DNA from: Perkinsus olseni
Lineage: Eukaryota
DNA: 43,410 nt
Direction: 5' to 3'
Assembly: GCA_013115125.1 (NCBI GenBank)
Contig: JABANN010000044.1
Location: 62,001-105,410 of the forward strand
Positions within the stretch are counted from its first letter, which is position 1, and the number at the start of each line of letters is the position of its first letter. Position numbers and translations under genes: made by a program. This document shows, piece after piece, positions 24,101-37,095 of the stretch. The notes beneath the pieces were generated by a model. The model was not told the origin of the DNA. It saw only the letters and a list, made by a program, of their open reading frames with translations, and did not search any database.

Positions 24101-27100
24101 AAGCATTATCTGTTGCAATTCTGGGCGCAGCTTGTGATGCCTATTATGAACGATAAGGATAAAACACCGGGGTTTCATACTAAATTAGAGGACTACATAT
24201 ACACCATTACTGTGAGGTAGTAATAACAAGTACCACACCAACCAGTAATTATCCCTGAGAAATACCTTACGGAACCGCCAGGGATGTCTTTTCAAGGACT
24301 GGGAATATCTTTTGAAAGGACTGGGAATATCTTCTCAAAGGTTGAGAATATCTTCTTGAAGGACTGGGAATATCTTCTTGAAGGACTGGGAATATCTTTT
24401 GAAAGGACTGGGAATATCTTCTTGATGGACTGGGAATATTCTCTTAAAGGACGCTAGTTCGGAGTATGCTGTATCCACTTCCTCTGTACTCAGCTCTGGT
24501 CACAGAGCGTTCGACAATGTAGATCTATTGGGCAAGCTAAAGATATTCTCCTTCAGCTACATAGACTCGAGGCTGTTCCTGGCGGACATGGCAGCACGGG
24601 GCGAGGACTCGATGGATGACGAGGGCTTTGAAGATGCTCTGCAGGATGAAGTGTTGAGTAATATGTGCATGCGTGCTAGTACCACACCTTCCGCAAACTT
24701 CTTCTTTATTCAGGAGGGGAGCAATTGGATGTCATAGCCCAATTGGCGAGGTTGAATTATCAGAAGACAGCACAGCATGTAGTGCTCGGGGAGGGGGTTG
24801 GGGAAAGCTTTCGATTTATATTTCCGAGAAAAGTTTGGTAGCGTAGACGATCGTGGGCCAGAGGTTGAACCTGGCAAGATACGAGTGAGGTTGAAGTCAG
24901 CGTATCTTGATATTACCGTTTGGTGACTCTGGTCCACGTGGAACTCGCAGGGGATCAGAACTCGGGCTTGAGAAGCGAGGTTGCTTGTCCAGCATTATAG
25001 TCTGATTGCAGGCGTCGCGCGCGATTGAGGGTCTTCTGGTGGAGAGGAGCATGTTCTTGAGATGCTATGAAACGTATCTTTGGTCAGGTCTTGGAGTTGT
25101 TTGGAGGTTGCACTTCGGAAGCGAACGTGAATGAACATAAACTAGCATGGTTGGTATATATTATGGGAGCACTTGTTGGTGGAAATACTGGAAGTGAGTA
25201 TCAAAGGTTGAAGCATGGAAGATACGAAATGGGTTGGATTTTAGGCGCAAGCAGTATGAGGGCTCAACAGCAACAGCAACCAAGTGGCTCTCAACCTCTG
25301 CATGTAGGAATAACAGCAAAGTCCCTCGTGGTATTCTTCCTTGCCACCGACTTTTACAATTTCTCGGAAATGAATCTTGCAGGTGATCAACGGTGAAATT
25401 GCTGGCCGGGTGTTCTCCCTTATGAATCAAACGGACGCCAATACGAACCTGCCACCGGAATCTAAGGACCCAACAAATTTAGAGACCCTTGAACTTTCGT
25501 AAGGGAATCTTTCCCGTGCGTAAAGTATCTTAGGTTGGCTCTTGACAGATATCTTTATTTCATGGAACAGTTCAGGAAGGTTTATATTGGGGAGCATGCG
25601 AGGCAGCTGTCAGCTAGTAATAATATCGTGAAGGGCAAGTTGTGTCGTGGGGCTTCTGGACCGGTGATTTCTAAATCGTATTCTGAGAATGTTATCATCA
25701 CTTGAAGAAGGGGTTCACATAGGGCGACGGCCTCGGCGATTATCCTCGCCCTCAGTAATCCTCAATATTGGAATATTATCCGGTTCTGCGGGAGTTGTCT
25801 GAGGGGAAGGGGGACGGCTCTTCCCAAGGGAGACGATAGTGAGGGACACCCCTCGAACCAGGGTGCGCTCTTCCCGTCCTTCCGAGCAGTTTTCTCTTGG
25901 AAATTTCTATACTTGAGTTCCTGCAAATTCGGAAATTTCCGTACTCCTTTCAATAAGTCTCTCAATAATTTCCCTATCTAGGGCTCTATGTATTTGGTAA
26001 TTTCCGTATGTGTCCTAGTAGGTTACTCGTACTGTCGCTTAGGTGCACCCCCGTCTGCCTTATCGCGTGGGGACGTGTCGATGGCCTCGTCTGAAAATCC
26101 GAGTAGAGTGGTACAGGAGAGAGTTTGTAAGTCGAGGAATCTGAGGTTGATGCTTGATTGATACGGATAAGGTACGGTGCTTGGTTTGAAGGATGAAGAT
26201 GCTATTCTTGGAATATTGATCAAGAAGATCGTTACCAACCTGCAGCATCGATACACGCTGGAGGCGGTCCTCAAGAGTAATAATTTCGTGGCGCGCGAGA
26301 AAAGGTCATTTCAAAATGAATGCAGAAAATTGTAATCCTGGATTGTGATTTCGCTTTTTTGCTGAGGATTTTTGTCCGCAGAAAAGTAAATTTTGACCAG
26401 GTTTTTTTTTCACTCTTAGGGACCCTTGCATATTTCTATGAGTTGGCTGCTGGTGTGAACATCGTCCATTCCGTCGACAAGATGAGTCCACATCTCATCA
26501 TCAGTGGAAAACTGTTGCTCAAGAACGATACTGTAATAGTGGGACGGTTGAGGGGAACGCTCATTTGGGTTCTGCTGTGCTTTGCGAGAGGCTCACCGGT
26601 GTCTTGTAGTAGTTTGCAAGATGCCGGGGAGCATATATCCCTAGCAAATACTAAGGGAGCTTCATTGTTGGCAATAGATGAATACCGTTACACGTGATTG
26701 TGGGCATTTCTCTTCTGTGCTTGGCTGGAGGTTTAATGGTATCTTGTAGTACTTGAATAGTGGCGGGAAGTGTTTTGGAGACATTTGTAGTTCTCGAGGG
26801 GTTCCCGTGTCATCCTGTTATCGTCCTGCTGAGGGCTATGTAGTGCAAAAATGCATTTTGGGCTTTCGTGTATTGGTTACTTTAGAGAGTATCTTTCGAA
26901 GGTTTTAGTTGAATTTTTTTGACGTTGTGTAACCTTTCAGGTTCGTCATTTGATGGCAAATCATGCCAGCTCTACTTTGGGATTCCTTCATGCTGGCCCA
27001 AAATACGGACGATATCGTAACGATTATAGGAGGGTATAGAATTCCTCTTACGGACTTCTTCCCTCAGGTACGCAATACTACGCGACTCTTGGGAAGCTGC

Positions 27101-29307
27101 TGTTCATGGAGTGCCGAGATGGCAGTACCAGCACGACTGCATTGGAGACTTTCAACACTTTTATGATGCCCCAGTATCAGGTGGGAAAAATTCCGGGAAA
27201 TTTTCGGGGAAATGGGAAATTTTTGGTGCAGGTTTTGGAGCAGCTTTGGCAAGCTGCTAACACCGGGGACGGATCGGCACTCCGCAGCGAGCAGCTGAGG
27301 CTGCCGTTGATTGGACTCTGCCGAGATTTGAGAGGAATCTGCCAGGCTTGTGTGTCACACGATATGTAATAATGGGTGATTTATCGACGAATCAGGAATT
27401 TTTGACGCTTGTTTAATCGTTTGGAAGGTACACGATCTTGTTTAACTGGTTGGTGGACAACCCGAAGCAGCCGCAGAACTGCAAGATTACCGTCTTCTCG
27501 GCAGCACTCAACTTCTACTGGGATGATCCAGAAGTCACAACTCCTCTCCTGAAATTCGTAAGCCGCGGGTTCGATACCTGGTAGTGACATTGGATTTTTT
27601 CCCCTCAACAGAGTGCTAGGTATCTTGCAATCTTGCAATTTCTCAACGCCTTGGCTTGTTCTCAGGTGGCTGAGTTCGTATATAACAAGGCGCAGCGTAT
27701 CAACTTCGACCAGAACTCCCCCAATGGTATCCTCCTCTTCAGAGAGGCATCTAAGATACTGGTAGCATACAGTCAGAGGATGCTGCAACGCGAACAGAGT
27801 CAAGTACTACTGCAAGGGGATGACAGTGGCCACTGGTGTGGGTTCTTTGGCCTTGATTCCGAGCGGGTGGTCATAGATCATGAATTGGGCTTCCCTCGAC
27901 TATAAAGGTCGAACGCGCTGAGTAGGTTGTTTTTTGAGAAAAGATGTGGAGCTCTGAATCTTTGATTCTTTTGCTTGGGATTTGGCGACATTTGTCCGTG
28001 TGTTAAACGGACGATTCTCGCGTGGTGTGGTATGTTGGATGGGGTGTAATGCTTGGAAGGGAGTATCTTTTGTGCTGAGGTTGACCTCATTGGTTTCAGC
28101 CGGTGTACGAAGATATTTATCGTGAGAAGTACAAGGGTATCGGATGTGTGTTGGAGCTCTTCAGCAACGCGCTTCACGGCAACTACACAAACTTTGGTGT
28201 CTTTGAACTGTAATATCAAGGGAGGGGTTCGAACTATGGACCTTCGGGATGTCAACTAGGGTTTTTATCATGCTGAGCTATTCGAGCGGTTGCAGGTATA
28301 ATGACAATTCGTTGTCGATGTCACTCTCGTTGGCATTGAAGTTATGCATGTCAATTCCGATAGCGGATCTGATGAGCTACTTGAAGTGTCTCAAACCGTA
28401 AGCGGCGAATTCTGTCCTTCAATTTTCGGCAATTTTTTTCTTCGTAGATTCTTCATGTTCTTGGAGTTGGCCACGAGGAACCATGCGAAGTTAGTTTGCG
28501 AAGTTGCCGAGTCCGCGGAGCATCTAGGTAACATTAATCGATCACTGGGGCGAGCGCTATTTGCTTTTGTCAATATCGTCGTGTTCAGCTGGCCTGATTC
28601 GGGCGTTGGAGGAAGGCCTCACGTCGTTTGATTCGAGCGTTTGCATGCAGTGCTGCGCCAGCATTGACAACCTCTGCACATTCTTCTACGATATTGCTCA
28701 CACTGGAGTGGGGTCTTCAGTTGGAGGAGGTAACTGTTATGAAACGGTTGATCGATTTGTAATTGTTATTGCTAGGTACGGCTGCTACTGCTGAGGATGT
28801 GGCGCGGGTGACTCAAGGATTGTTGGTACCGGGCGGTCCAGTCGACGCGGAACTGCGAAGGGTGTTGAATTTGATGCTCCAATTGATAATGGCGGGAGAG
28901 TTCAATTCGACCTGGAGTATATCGAGACCAATATTGGCGTTGATTCTAATGTGAGGGGGTGCATGATTTGGGGGAGATCTGGTATGGGAAATTTGTGCGC
29001 AGGTACAAAGACACGTATACTCAAGCTCAGGAGTTGATAGTGAGGCAGCAGCCCACAGAAGATCGCCAACAGTAAGCGGCCGATCTGTCAATTCTTGCGC
29101 TCTTGCAGTTCCTCAACGTAGGTACGTTGGCAAGTGCTTCTCTGAGCTGATGGTGGGTGTGACGGATAGCCTTCAAACGAAAAATCGCGATCACTTCACG
29201 CGGAATATGTAAGTGCTGGCATCCGGGAGGTCCCTGGTTCTAATCTTGGCGGGGATGCTTTTCACGGAAGGTACCACTTTGCCCAGGCAGTGCGGTCTAC
29301 TTCCTAG
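21151..29307 (+). CDS. XPO7: Exportin-7 / RanBP16-17 family nuclear export receptor (many short exons)
   Basis: Exons encode MDAASLAQFERLCTEFYNPP, RIVKLSWLE, SFRDIALPQIF, CLSFDFMG, TIPDETSEDQTTVMVPHNW, LHETCRLIGR, LIGLCRDLRGI, AEFVYNKAQRINFDQNSPNGILLFREASKIL, FSNALHGNYTNFGVFELY, WSISRPILALI and LQTKNRDHFTRNM-YHFAQAVRSTS*. These are characteristic XPO7 motifs. Confidence 0.93.
24294..24452 (+). repeat. Intronic minisatellite, ~7 copies of a ~22-bp unit
   Basis: Head-to-tail AAGGACTGGGAATATCTT(C/T)TTG variants with no spacers, inside an XPO7 intron. Confidence 0.92.
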
Positions 29308-29792
29308 AAGTACTATAAAGCTGATAATGACGACGTTACTGTTAAAAACAACAACTGGACTACGCTGACTGTTGATGCGAGTTTCCTTTCGAAGTCGTGA
29401 TAGAGTTGGGTTCAGTGCTACAAGAATTGAGCTTCGGAGATTCGTCCAATTAAGTAGTGTTGCCCCGTGGTTACAGATCGTTAATGACTACCTGCTGGGT
29501 GCGAAGAGCTGAAGTGCATTCAGTCGATCACCTTCCTCGCAGGAACGCAGCTGTGAGTAGGGACTGGCATCTCTCGTAACTCCACTCGTCACTGACGAGT
29601 CGTCGGTCCTTCTGCACAAGCATGTTGGAATGGATGGCGGGGATGGATCGTTTAAGCCTTGATACACGCTAGTTATGGCGGGGCGTAGAGTCTGCGCCCC
29701 ATACCGTGTCTTCCGAGATTTCCGGCCCACTCAAACACTTTCAACCCCGCAGCGATGCCTGGATAAACATTTCAAGAACATGTCCAAAATCT

Positions 29793-30639
29793 TCATATAC
29801 TCTTGAGTTTCCCGACGTCTCCAGCTAGCTGCAATGCCTTGGCCATCTTGTCATTGAGGAATTTTTTCATCCAATCCCATCCTGCCTGGTATCCTTCAGG
29901 AGGGGTCCTCTCTAGCAGATCGATCATGAACGTGCACGTCATCTCATCCTTGGAATCCGTAGAAGCCTTCATGATCATGTCGGTCAAGTTGTTGGACAAG
30001 GGGAAAATGTTGGCAACCCTTCTCGGCATGTCGATCAAATTTGCTTTGATCTCCCCCTCACGGTCCGCGTCTTGGAAAATGATAGTAGTCCATTTGCTGG
30101 GACGTATACTGAGGCTCGGCAAAAATGTGAATTATCAGGAGGTGATGACCATGAAAATTACCTAGCGCTGAAGTACAGCTCTCGTGGGTCAGTCACCCTC
30201 CAGGAGACGGTCTGAATATCGTCCTCCCAAGACACGGTAATATCACCGTCTACATAGTGACCAACACACCTTTTTGGCTGTGCTTCGATCTGCGACAGAA
30301 CGAAGCTGTGATAGCCTTAGGGGAATGCCATGTGTGGCATTTCTTGCACCTTCCGTGAGAAGCTCATTAACTTGGACAACTTATTTGTCTGGCTTGATAC
30401 TAGGCTGGTCAGCTTGGATACTTGCTTGTTTAGCTTAGTCACTTCACTGGCCAAGTTAGCCACTTGAACGTACACGTTTATGCCCTTCGATTCCTGTGCA
30501 TGCGGATGGGTATAATCATCCCTCACCTGAGGACGGACTGTTGCTGAGTTACTCTCACCTGAGGGTTAGCCTGCAGGGCCAGGGTCACTGCTGCAAGAGT
30601 CAGCCCGAACGATAATACACGGATGATGAGGGTGGTCAT
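29793..30639 (-). CDS. Lineage-specific putative secreted protein, paralogue A
   Basis: Signal-like MTTLIIRVLSFGLTLAAVTLALQA, heptad segment VANLASEVTKLNKQVSKLTSLV, and last exon ...MTCTFMIDLLERTPPEGYQAGWDWMKKFLNDKM. GT-AG exon boundaries are visible. Confidence 0.65.
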
Positions 30640-31487
30640 AATCTCACGAGGGATGATATCACTGATGATTCGAAAGTTCGGACCTAACACTGTGTATTCT
30701 GGCGGGGATCCCGCCAGAAGGTCGAATACTGATTGCCCGTCCCCTGACTCGCCATCTGTTGGGCCCCTAATACTGCAAGAGTCTCTTGAATGATTTGGTA
30801 CACAACAGTTGGTTTTTCAATCATGACTGAGGATGGATTCTTTACTTCTCTGAGCCAGAATTCTCGCTAGCCGAATTGAAGCTCGCATGAATTCCCGACG
30901 TGTGGTTAGAGACGTCATCTGGTGGTGACGACGTTGCAGGCCCTTCGAACCTCAAGAAGCTGTGGACGGCTACCAGTAAGTATGAAGTCGCCTTGGATAC
31001 TCTGATAGAAGGAGACTGCGAAAGGTTGGCATCGACAGCCGTCTCGTCTCCAAATAAGTACGGTGTGGCCTTCTTGGTTAACGGACTTAACTCGACGTGT
31101 AGATATCCTTATGCGGTAATGAGCAGCAGATGTGCAATTACCGAGTGATCGGATAACAACTGCAATGAGTAAACGACCATAGCTAGTAAAAAGGTAACGC
31201 TCGAGGAGACGCTTACGTTAGCCGTCTCCGAGACTGTCTCGAGACAGCACGTGAAAGGCGCACGCCGTCACGGGCGAGCGACAGGTCTCAACTTGAGTGA
31301 TATGAAGTGAAAAGGATGAGTAGTCGGTACATATGGGGCCTCCGAGGCCGGATGAGCCACACGGCTCAGTAGTGTCCCTCTCCAGGAAGAGGTGCACCGT
31401 AGATGCCTTGGGATAGACCGACACTTCCATGTCCAATTAGTGTTAACAAGGATAACACCACATCATAATCTTAGGTAAACATGAACA

Positions 31488-32230
31488 TCACAGTTCCACC
31501 AAGTTATCATGATCAATACACTTCAAGCCTGGATCCTTCCAGGCTCTATCCATCTTGGCAACTAGGAAATCCGCCATCCAATTTCTTCCAGGTTGGACAC
31601 TCGGAGGAGGAGTTTCTTGAATGGTATTGATCAGACTTGAGCAGTCATATTCATGCATATCCCAGTCTTCCAATTCCTGCTTGATCGTGTCGACCAAGTG
31701 GGCAATGGGATAGATTTCGGCGAACTTATTTTTGATCTCTTCGAATGTCCCCCGTATTTCGGCAGCAGACTCGCGGTCGCCGTCCCAAAACCTGATACCT
31801 GCACCTCCCATGAATTGTAGCCTGAGAACACAGCCGCTTAAACCGGTTAATGAGCCATACAACAACTGTGTACGTAGAGTACTCAGTTGATAGGGATTTA
31901 GCTAGTTGAAGATGATTACTACCAAGATGAGAAGCCCATCTCTCGTGGTTCATGCACGGACCATCTAAAGTGATGTTCATACAAAGCAGAGCTCAGCTCA
32001 CTGCCAGGTCACCGTCAATGTAGCGAGCTTCGCACTCTCCACGGCGCACCTTAATCTAGAATGGCAAGATGAATAGGCGATAGCTTTGGACAGTTAATGC
32101 TACTGTCCAGTTATGGTTAGCGGTACCTTTTGGGTGAAGTGTATTAACTTGGACATCCGATCGTTCAACTTGGACATTTGGTTCAACAGCCTACCATACT
32201 TATCCGACCCAGAACTATCATCCTCCTGAT
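31488..32230 (-). CDS. Paralogue B of the same family (5' end not resolved; possibly decayed)
   Basis: Exons LLNQMSKLNDRMSKLIHFTQK / IKVRRGECEARYIDGDL / ...IYPIAHL...YDCSSLINTIQETPPPSVQPGRNWMADFLVAKM. Confidence 0.55.
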
Positions 32231-33840
32231 CAACAGGAGTTTATGATGAACTTCGGCGGGGCGGGATCTTGAGTCTCAGAGGCGTGGTATGAGGACCGTA
32301 GAGGTAGCGTGGCTGCAGCATACGAAGAAGTCTAACGCTTTTCACGCTGCAAGGACTCATATCAGAGTTTGAGATGATAGTGGATTGCTGCAACGAGCCA
32401 AGTCTTAGAGGAACATTGTAAGATCACATAATACCCGATCGACAGGTTATGAATGGAGGTTCGAGACACCGTACTTCATAGCCCGTAAATCCCATTCAAA
32501 AAGAAGTACTGGAGCCGCTCTAGACTAGAGCCTCTAGTGGAGCGTAACGCTCCGAGCGTTGCCGAACTCCATGCCCCCATCTTGTGAAACAAGACTTGTG
32601 GTCAACTGTTGGAGGTCCTGATGTTTTCGTTGGCTGCCGTGAGAAGAGAACTCAATAATCAGGACTACTTCGGGAAAAGTATCATAAGCGCCGAGACGGC
32701 CATCGGAGTGGAGACGAGACGGCTGGAACGGCTGTTGGCGACCGCAACGGCGTTTCGTGACGAGACTCTCGTCTTCGTCGTAATGGAGTCGCTCCACGGA
32801 GCGAGATCGGTGTCGTGCGCCGCAGATTCAACAACCTACGCCATATGTTGAGAGTAAACTCGATTGAAAATACTGTAGTTACAAACTATTGAAGCACCAT
32901 AAAATAACTCTGCATGTACGCTGTTCAATGGTGATGACTATACGCCCCTCAACAGTCTATGCTTCGCAGTTTATAACCTCGGAGTTTCAACTTGATACTT
33001 TCGAGGCCTAAACAATTCAGGTCAAATCTTCGCAGTTGGTTGGAACTCGACAAATCGTAGGAAATTTCCATTCCGCTGATGTCGACTGTCCGTGAAACTG
33101 ATCGACATCTCATCATCGAGGTGGATTTGGAGGATGATCGGTGTGTTGCGCTGCAGGCGCGTATTTTGTGATATTATCATCAGTATTACAAGGAACCTCA
33201 GGTCATGCGCCGTGGCTGAGTCACGTCCACACAGCCATGGCATCATCCTGAAGGTGACGAGACGTTTCGGTTGAGAGAGATAAGTGGCTGTCTGAGTAAT
33301 GGACGGAGCAATGCCCAGGGCAGCGCTTGGTTTGGGATAACGCTGCTGCTCAGCTACTACGGTAGTACTACCACCGCACCTCCGGCTGAGGAGTCTCAAC
33401 TTTGACATCAAATAGATCAGCTCAAGCACTTGATCATTTAGAAGAGTGCTCGAATCAGAACGTTATGCCTCGAAAAGTGGCCGTCAATGACGTAATTTGG
33501 TATTTGCTGCTCGCGTCGGGCTTGGTGGAAGTCCTCTGAGCCATGGTTGAGCTAGCGTAGACGTCAATGACAGAACGTGTACGGCGTACACTGTACGCCG
33601 ACATTCACCATTACCCAAAAAGAAAGTCGAGTGCCAGGATAGACTTTTCGTGCTCGGGAGCTGCGCGGAACAACCATCGTCAAGAGTGGAGCGGTCGACA
33701 ATGCGGGGAAGCGGGTCTCAGGTCCTGAGCATGTGTCGTCATGGTCTGGTCATGTGTCGTCCTGAGCCTCAGGACGGGTTGCACATGTATCAGACTCGAC
33801 CTTATCTCCGATAACCACAACACATCTGATGATCATTACG

Positions 33841-35129
33841 TCACGGCACGCATGCTGGAGGCACTCGGAACGTCACATTTCGCATCCGGACAGCCCCTAC
33901 TTTCCCATATCTTTTAGCATGGGACACCGCGTCGTTCATGTTGTTGGAGATGAATTTCTTCATCCAATCCTTCCCAGGCTTGTACCCTTTAGGAGGAGTT
34001 TGTTCGATCGTCTCGATTAACTGTGAGCAAGTCAAGGTATACATGCAGTGCTCCAGTGCTTTGTAGATCTCCTTCAGTAGATGGCCAATAGGATAAAGTC
34101 TACCCATTTTCCGGAGGATTTCCTCTGAGTCGCCCTTGAACTCGACCTTGGTGTTACTATTGGAGTCCGCGAAGTGATTCTCATCGAATCATTGTAGTGG
34201 AGCCTAAGGAATTGGACGTTGAGTACATGGAGCGGGGCATACGGGGCCCTTGATTCAACGCTGGAGTTGATGATGAGTGTTACTGTAACACTGTTACACT
34301 GTAACACTGTTACAGCGATTCGAAGGATGTCATTTTTTGTCCCAATTCTTTCTATCCGCTTCGTGGCTCATACATCTCCCAGAGAACTCTATGGCGGGAC
34401 ATATCATTGGACACGGATATGAAGCTGTCCAAGCGACGAACTGTGCACCGGCCAGGTTCAGTCTCTACCTGAATGCAATATGACAGAACGATTGATTACA
34501 AGGAATGTTGTCGAGTGGCCACTCATATACCTGTTCGTTGAAGGACAGCAGCCCGGACACACGGGTATCGAGTTTCTTCACTTCTTCTCTCAGCCTCTTG
34601 TTCTCATTATACAGCTCAGACACCCTAGCGGAGGATGCATCATCCTGCGCCAGACTCTTAGTCCGCGCAGTACCTTCCGTCTGATGAACAGTTATTGAAC
34701 GCCTAGGCCATGCCTCTTTCATACCTGTAAAGTGAGGGACTGTGGTTCGGGCATATTATGGCTGAACTCAGACGTTTCTCCTTGTCTCCTTCCATCGTGT
34801 ATCTCCGACACTTGCTTGGTTAAGGTGGCCACCTTCTCGGTCAGTTTGGAGAACTTCTCGGACATCTTGGTAACTTTTTCGGTCAGTTTAGTCAACCCAT
34901 TGGACAGCTTCGACACTTGTTCCTTCAGTGTGTCGGTGTGATCCAAGGACGCACACTCCGCCTGATGAGCCCGAAGAGGTGTTGCAAAACTCTGAGAACC
35001 TTGTTCTATGACTACCGGCTCTCGTGATGGCCTGCGACGCCCACCCGAGCCCTTGGAAGCGGCTCGTACTGTCATCCACCGGGTCATTATCGTCATGCAT
35101 GGCAATGCCCAGTGAGCAAGACTCACCAT
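33841..35129 (-). CDS. Paralogue C of the same family
   Basis: Probable start MVSLAHWALPCM, heptads LKEQVSKLSNGLTKLTEKVTKMSEKFSKLTEKV, and C-terminal LYPIGHL...LTCSQLIETIEQTPPKGYKPGKDWMKKFISNNM. Confidence 0.6.
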
Positions 35130-35340
35130 TACAAAAAGGACAAGTATAGCACTGTTCAAGTTCGCAGTCTTCGACGTAATACCTGTTCGAGGTCGAGGAT
35201 AATCATAACTTCGATTCGGATGTGGCACCGATCGTTTTCTTTCAAGAAGAGAATGTGGCAACCTCAGTGTAGGCTGCCGGCAGGGCATTCTCCAACAATT
35301 TGTGAAAAATCCGGAATACGAATTTCGCGCGTAGTAGGCT

Positions 35341-35383
35341 CTCGCCCAAAAGTGGCTACTATTAGTAGCCACTTTTGGGCGAG
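35341..35383. repeat. Perfect 21-bp inverted repeat with 1-nt spacer
   Basis: CTCGCCCAAAAGTGGCTACTA-T-TAGTAGCCACTTTTGGGCGAG. Confidence 0.97.
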
Positions 35384-36035
35384 CGGGAGAAGTGCATTGG
35401 TCTTGTGGAGGGACTTACACAGTTCCATAGGGGAGTTTCTGACATGACACTCGTTGCTTCGGACTTTCTAGATAAATCGGCCCCTCAGGGCCGGTTACGT
35501 TAGGAGCCACGTGAGTCGGGTGATCCCTAAGGGTCCCATTTTGACGCGCGTTGGGGACCCTCATGATTCATTTCTCAGCGGGATATTGGACTTGGGGGAG
35601 AATCAGTATGCTCATGTGCCAGTATAGACTAGTTGCTCGGATCGGGGATGTTGTCGAGATCATCCGTCAACATAACCATGAGTGAGTGCAAAAGGCCTTT
35701 ATCCGATTGCTCTTGCTGGTACGGGGATATGTCTAGTAAAACGGTTGGGCGGGCGATCTTCACACGAATTAATTATTCGCAGGCGATCTGACTTGTTTAC
35801 TGATTGCTAGTCTTTGAGTAGCCGTATTGAGAGCTTGGTCGCTGCCCCTGCATCTTTGATGCGATGGGCGAGCAGCCGACCGTTATCCCTATGCCAAGAA
35901 CCCGCGTAGGATCGACCCGCACGCACGGCATTCTGTGTAGAGGGACACTTCAGAGCGGTTTCAAGGAGATCCGCAGCTCCTTTACGAATTTGCGTGAGTG
36001 ACAGATATTTTGGTCGACACTGAGTGACTGTTTCA

Positions 36036-36138
36036 CGCATGATGAGAAAACCGCTTAGCCCTAAGTGGCACTTAGGGCTAAGCGGTTTTCTCATCATGCG
36101 GAAAAACAACTGTAACTGGGCACTTAGTAAGTGCCCAG
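36036..36138. repeat. Perfect 32-bp inverted repeat (1-nt spacer) followed by an 11-bp one (1-nt spacer)
   Basis: CGCATGATGAGAAAACCGCTTAGCCCTAAGTG-G-CACTTAGGGCTAAGCGGTTTTCTCATCATGCG (36036-36100) and CTGGGCACTTA-G-TAAGTGCCCAG (36116-36138). Confidence 0.97.
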
Positions 36139-37095
36139 AATTGAGCCTTCAACGGGAGGTGAATGGATGGTCCCTTCGGCGCCGAGCCCACGTCACGCCT
36201 CCTGCTCGAAGTCCGCTCGAAATTTTCAAGAATATCTTGAGTGGGTGAGGAGGTTAAGATGGGGCCTCATAAGTTAGGTCTCAATTCTCAAGGCGAGGCT
36301 GCCTGAATTAAGGTCATCCAGCGCCCCTGCTTGATGCGCCTTGTGAACTGCGTAGATCATCAACCGTCAAACATCATCTTCAACTTCCATCATGCATGTC
36401 ACGGGAATACTCGGGGACCTCTTCCGAGCATCTGCTGCCGCCAGCACCGTTGGATGATAGCCGTGCATAGAACGTAGTCGGCCCGAGCTACCATCGGTGA
36501 ACTCACCAAGCGTAATCTTGAAAAAAAGTCAAAATTTTCCGTCGAGTAAGACCCGGCGATATCTGGATATCTCGCCCAGCAGATGGCCCGACTACTTCGG
36601 AAGATGTGTGGATTGCGTTACACAGTTTGCGTGTTCGAGCTCGCAATCGCTAACGAGAGCTCTGCCGCCGAGCAGAGCCTCTGCGGTTGCTTCTCGTCGA
36701 CAGTGAAAGACCAGCGGTAGGTATCATCGTGAATAGACTGTTGCCAGGCAGGCACGAGACACGCGCTAACGTTTTTACCCGGTGGAAGCCATGCGTCATG
36801 CGCAGTTGCTCATCTTCGTGGACCGCCTTTGAAATTCAGAATCAGTCTGTTGGAGACCCCTAAGAATAATTTTGGCGGAAAGTTTGCCTGCTGTGTGAAA
36901 TTTGCATTGGAGAGTCGACAGGCCTCCTTAAGATAAAAAGCCTCGTTGGCAGCATCTTCAATCAGCACTGTGCCATCTTCTAGTGGTTTGGGGAGGGCTG
37001 CCAGAGGTGGTAAAGGCGTGCAGCAGAGCAGGTGTAGTTACAGGCGTGTGACATAACGAGCATCCCTCGTGCAGTTTTTTGTCCATCATTTTTTG

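Noticed and set aside
24294-24452. 22-bp repeats as a CRISPR array
   Set aside because: Units are contiguous with no unique spacers, lie inside a eukaryotic intron, and there are no cas genes; it is a minisatellite.
30840-31440. Short ORFs between paralogues A and B, and at 32534-33429
   Set aside because: No recognisable motifs or consistent exon chain; cannot support a gene call.
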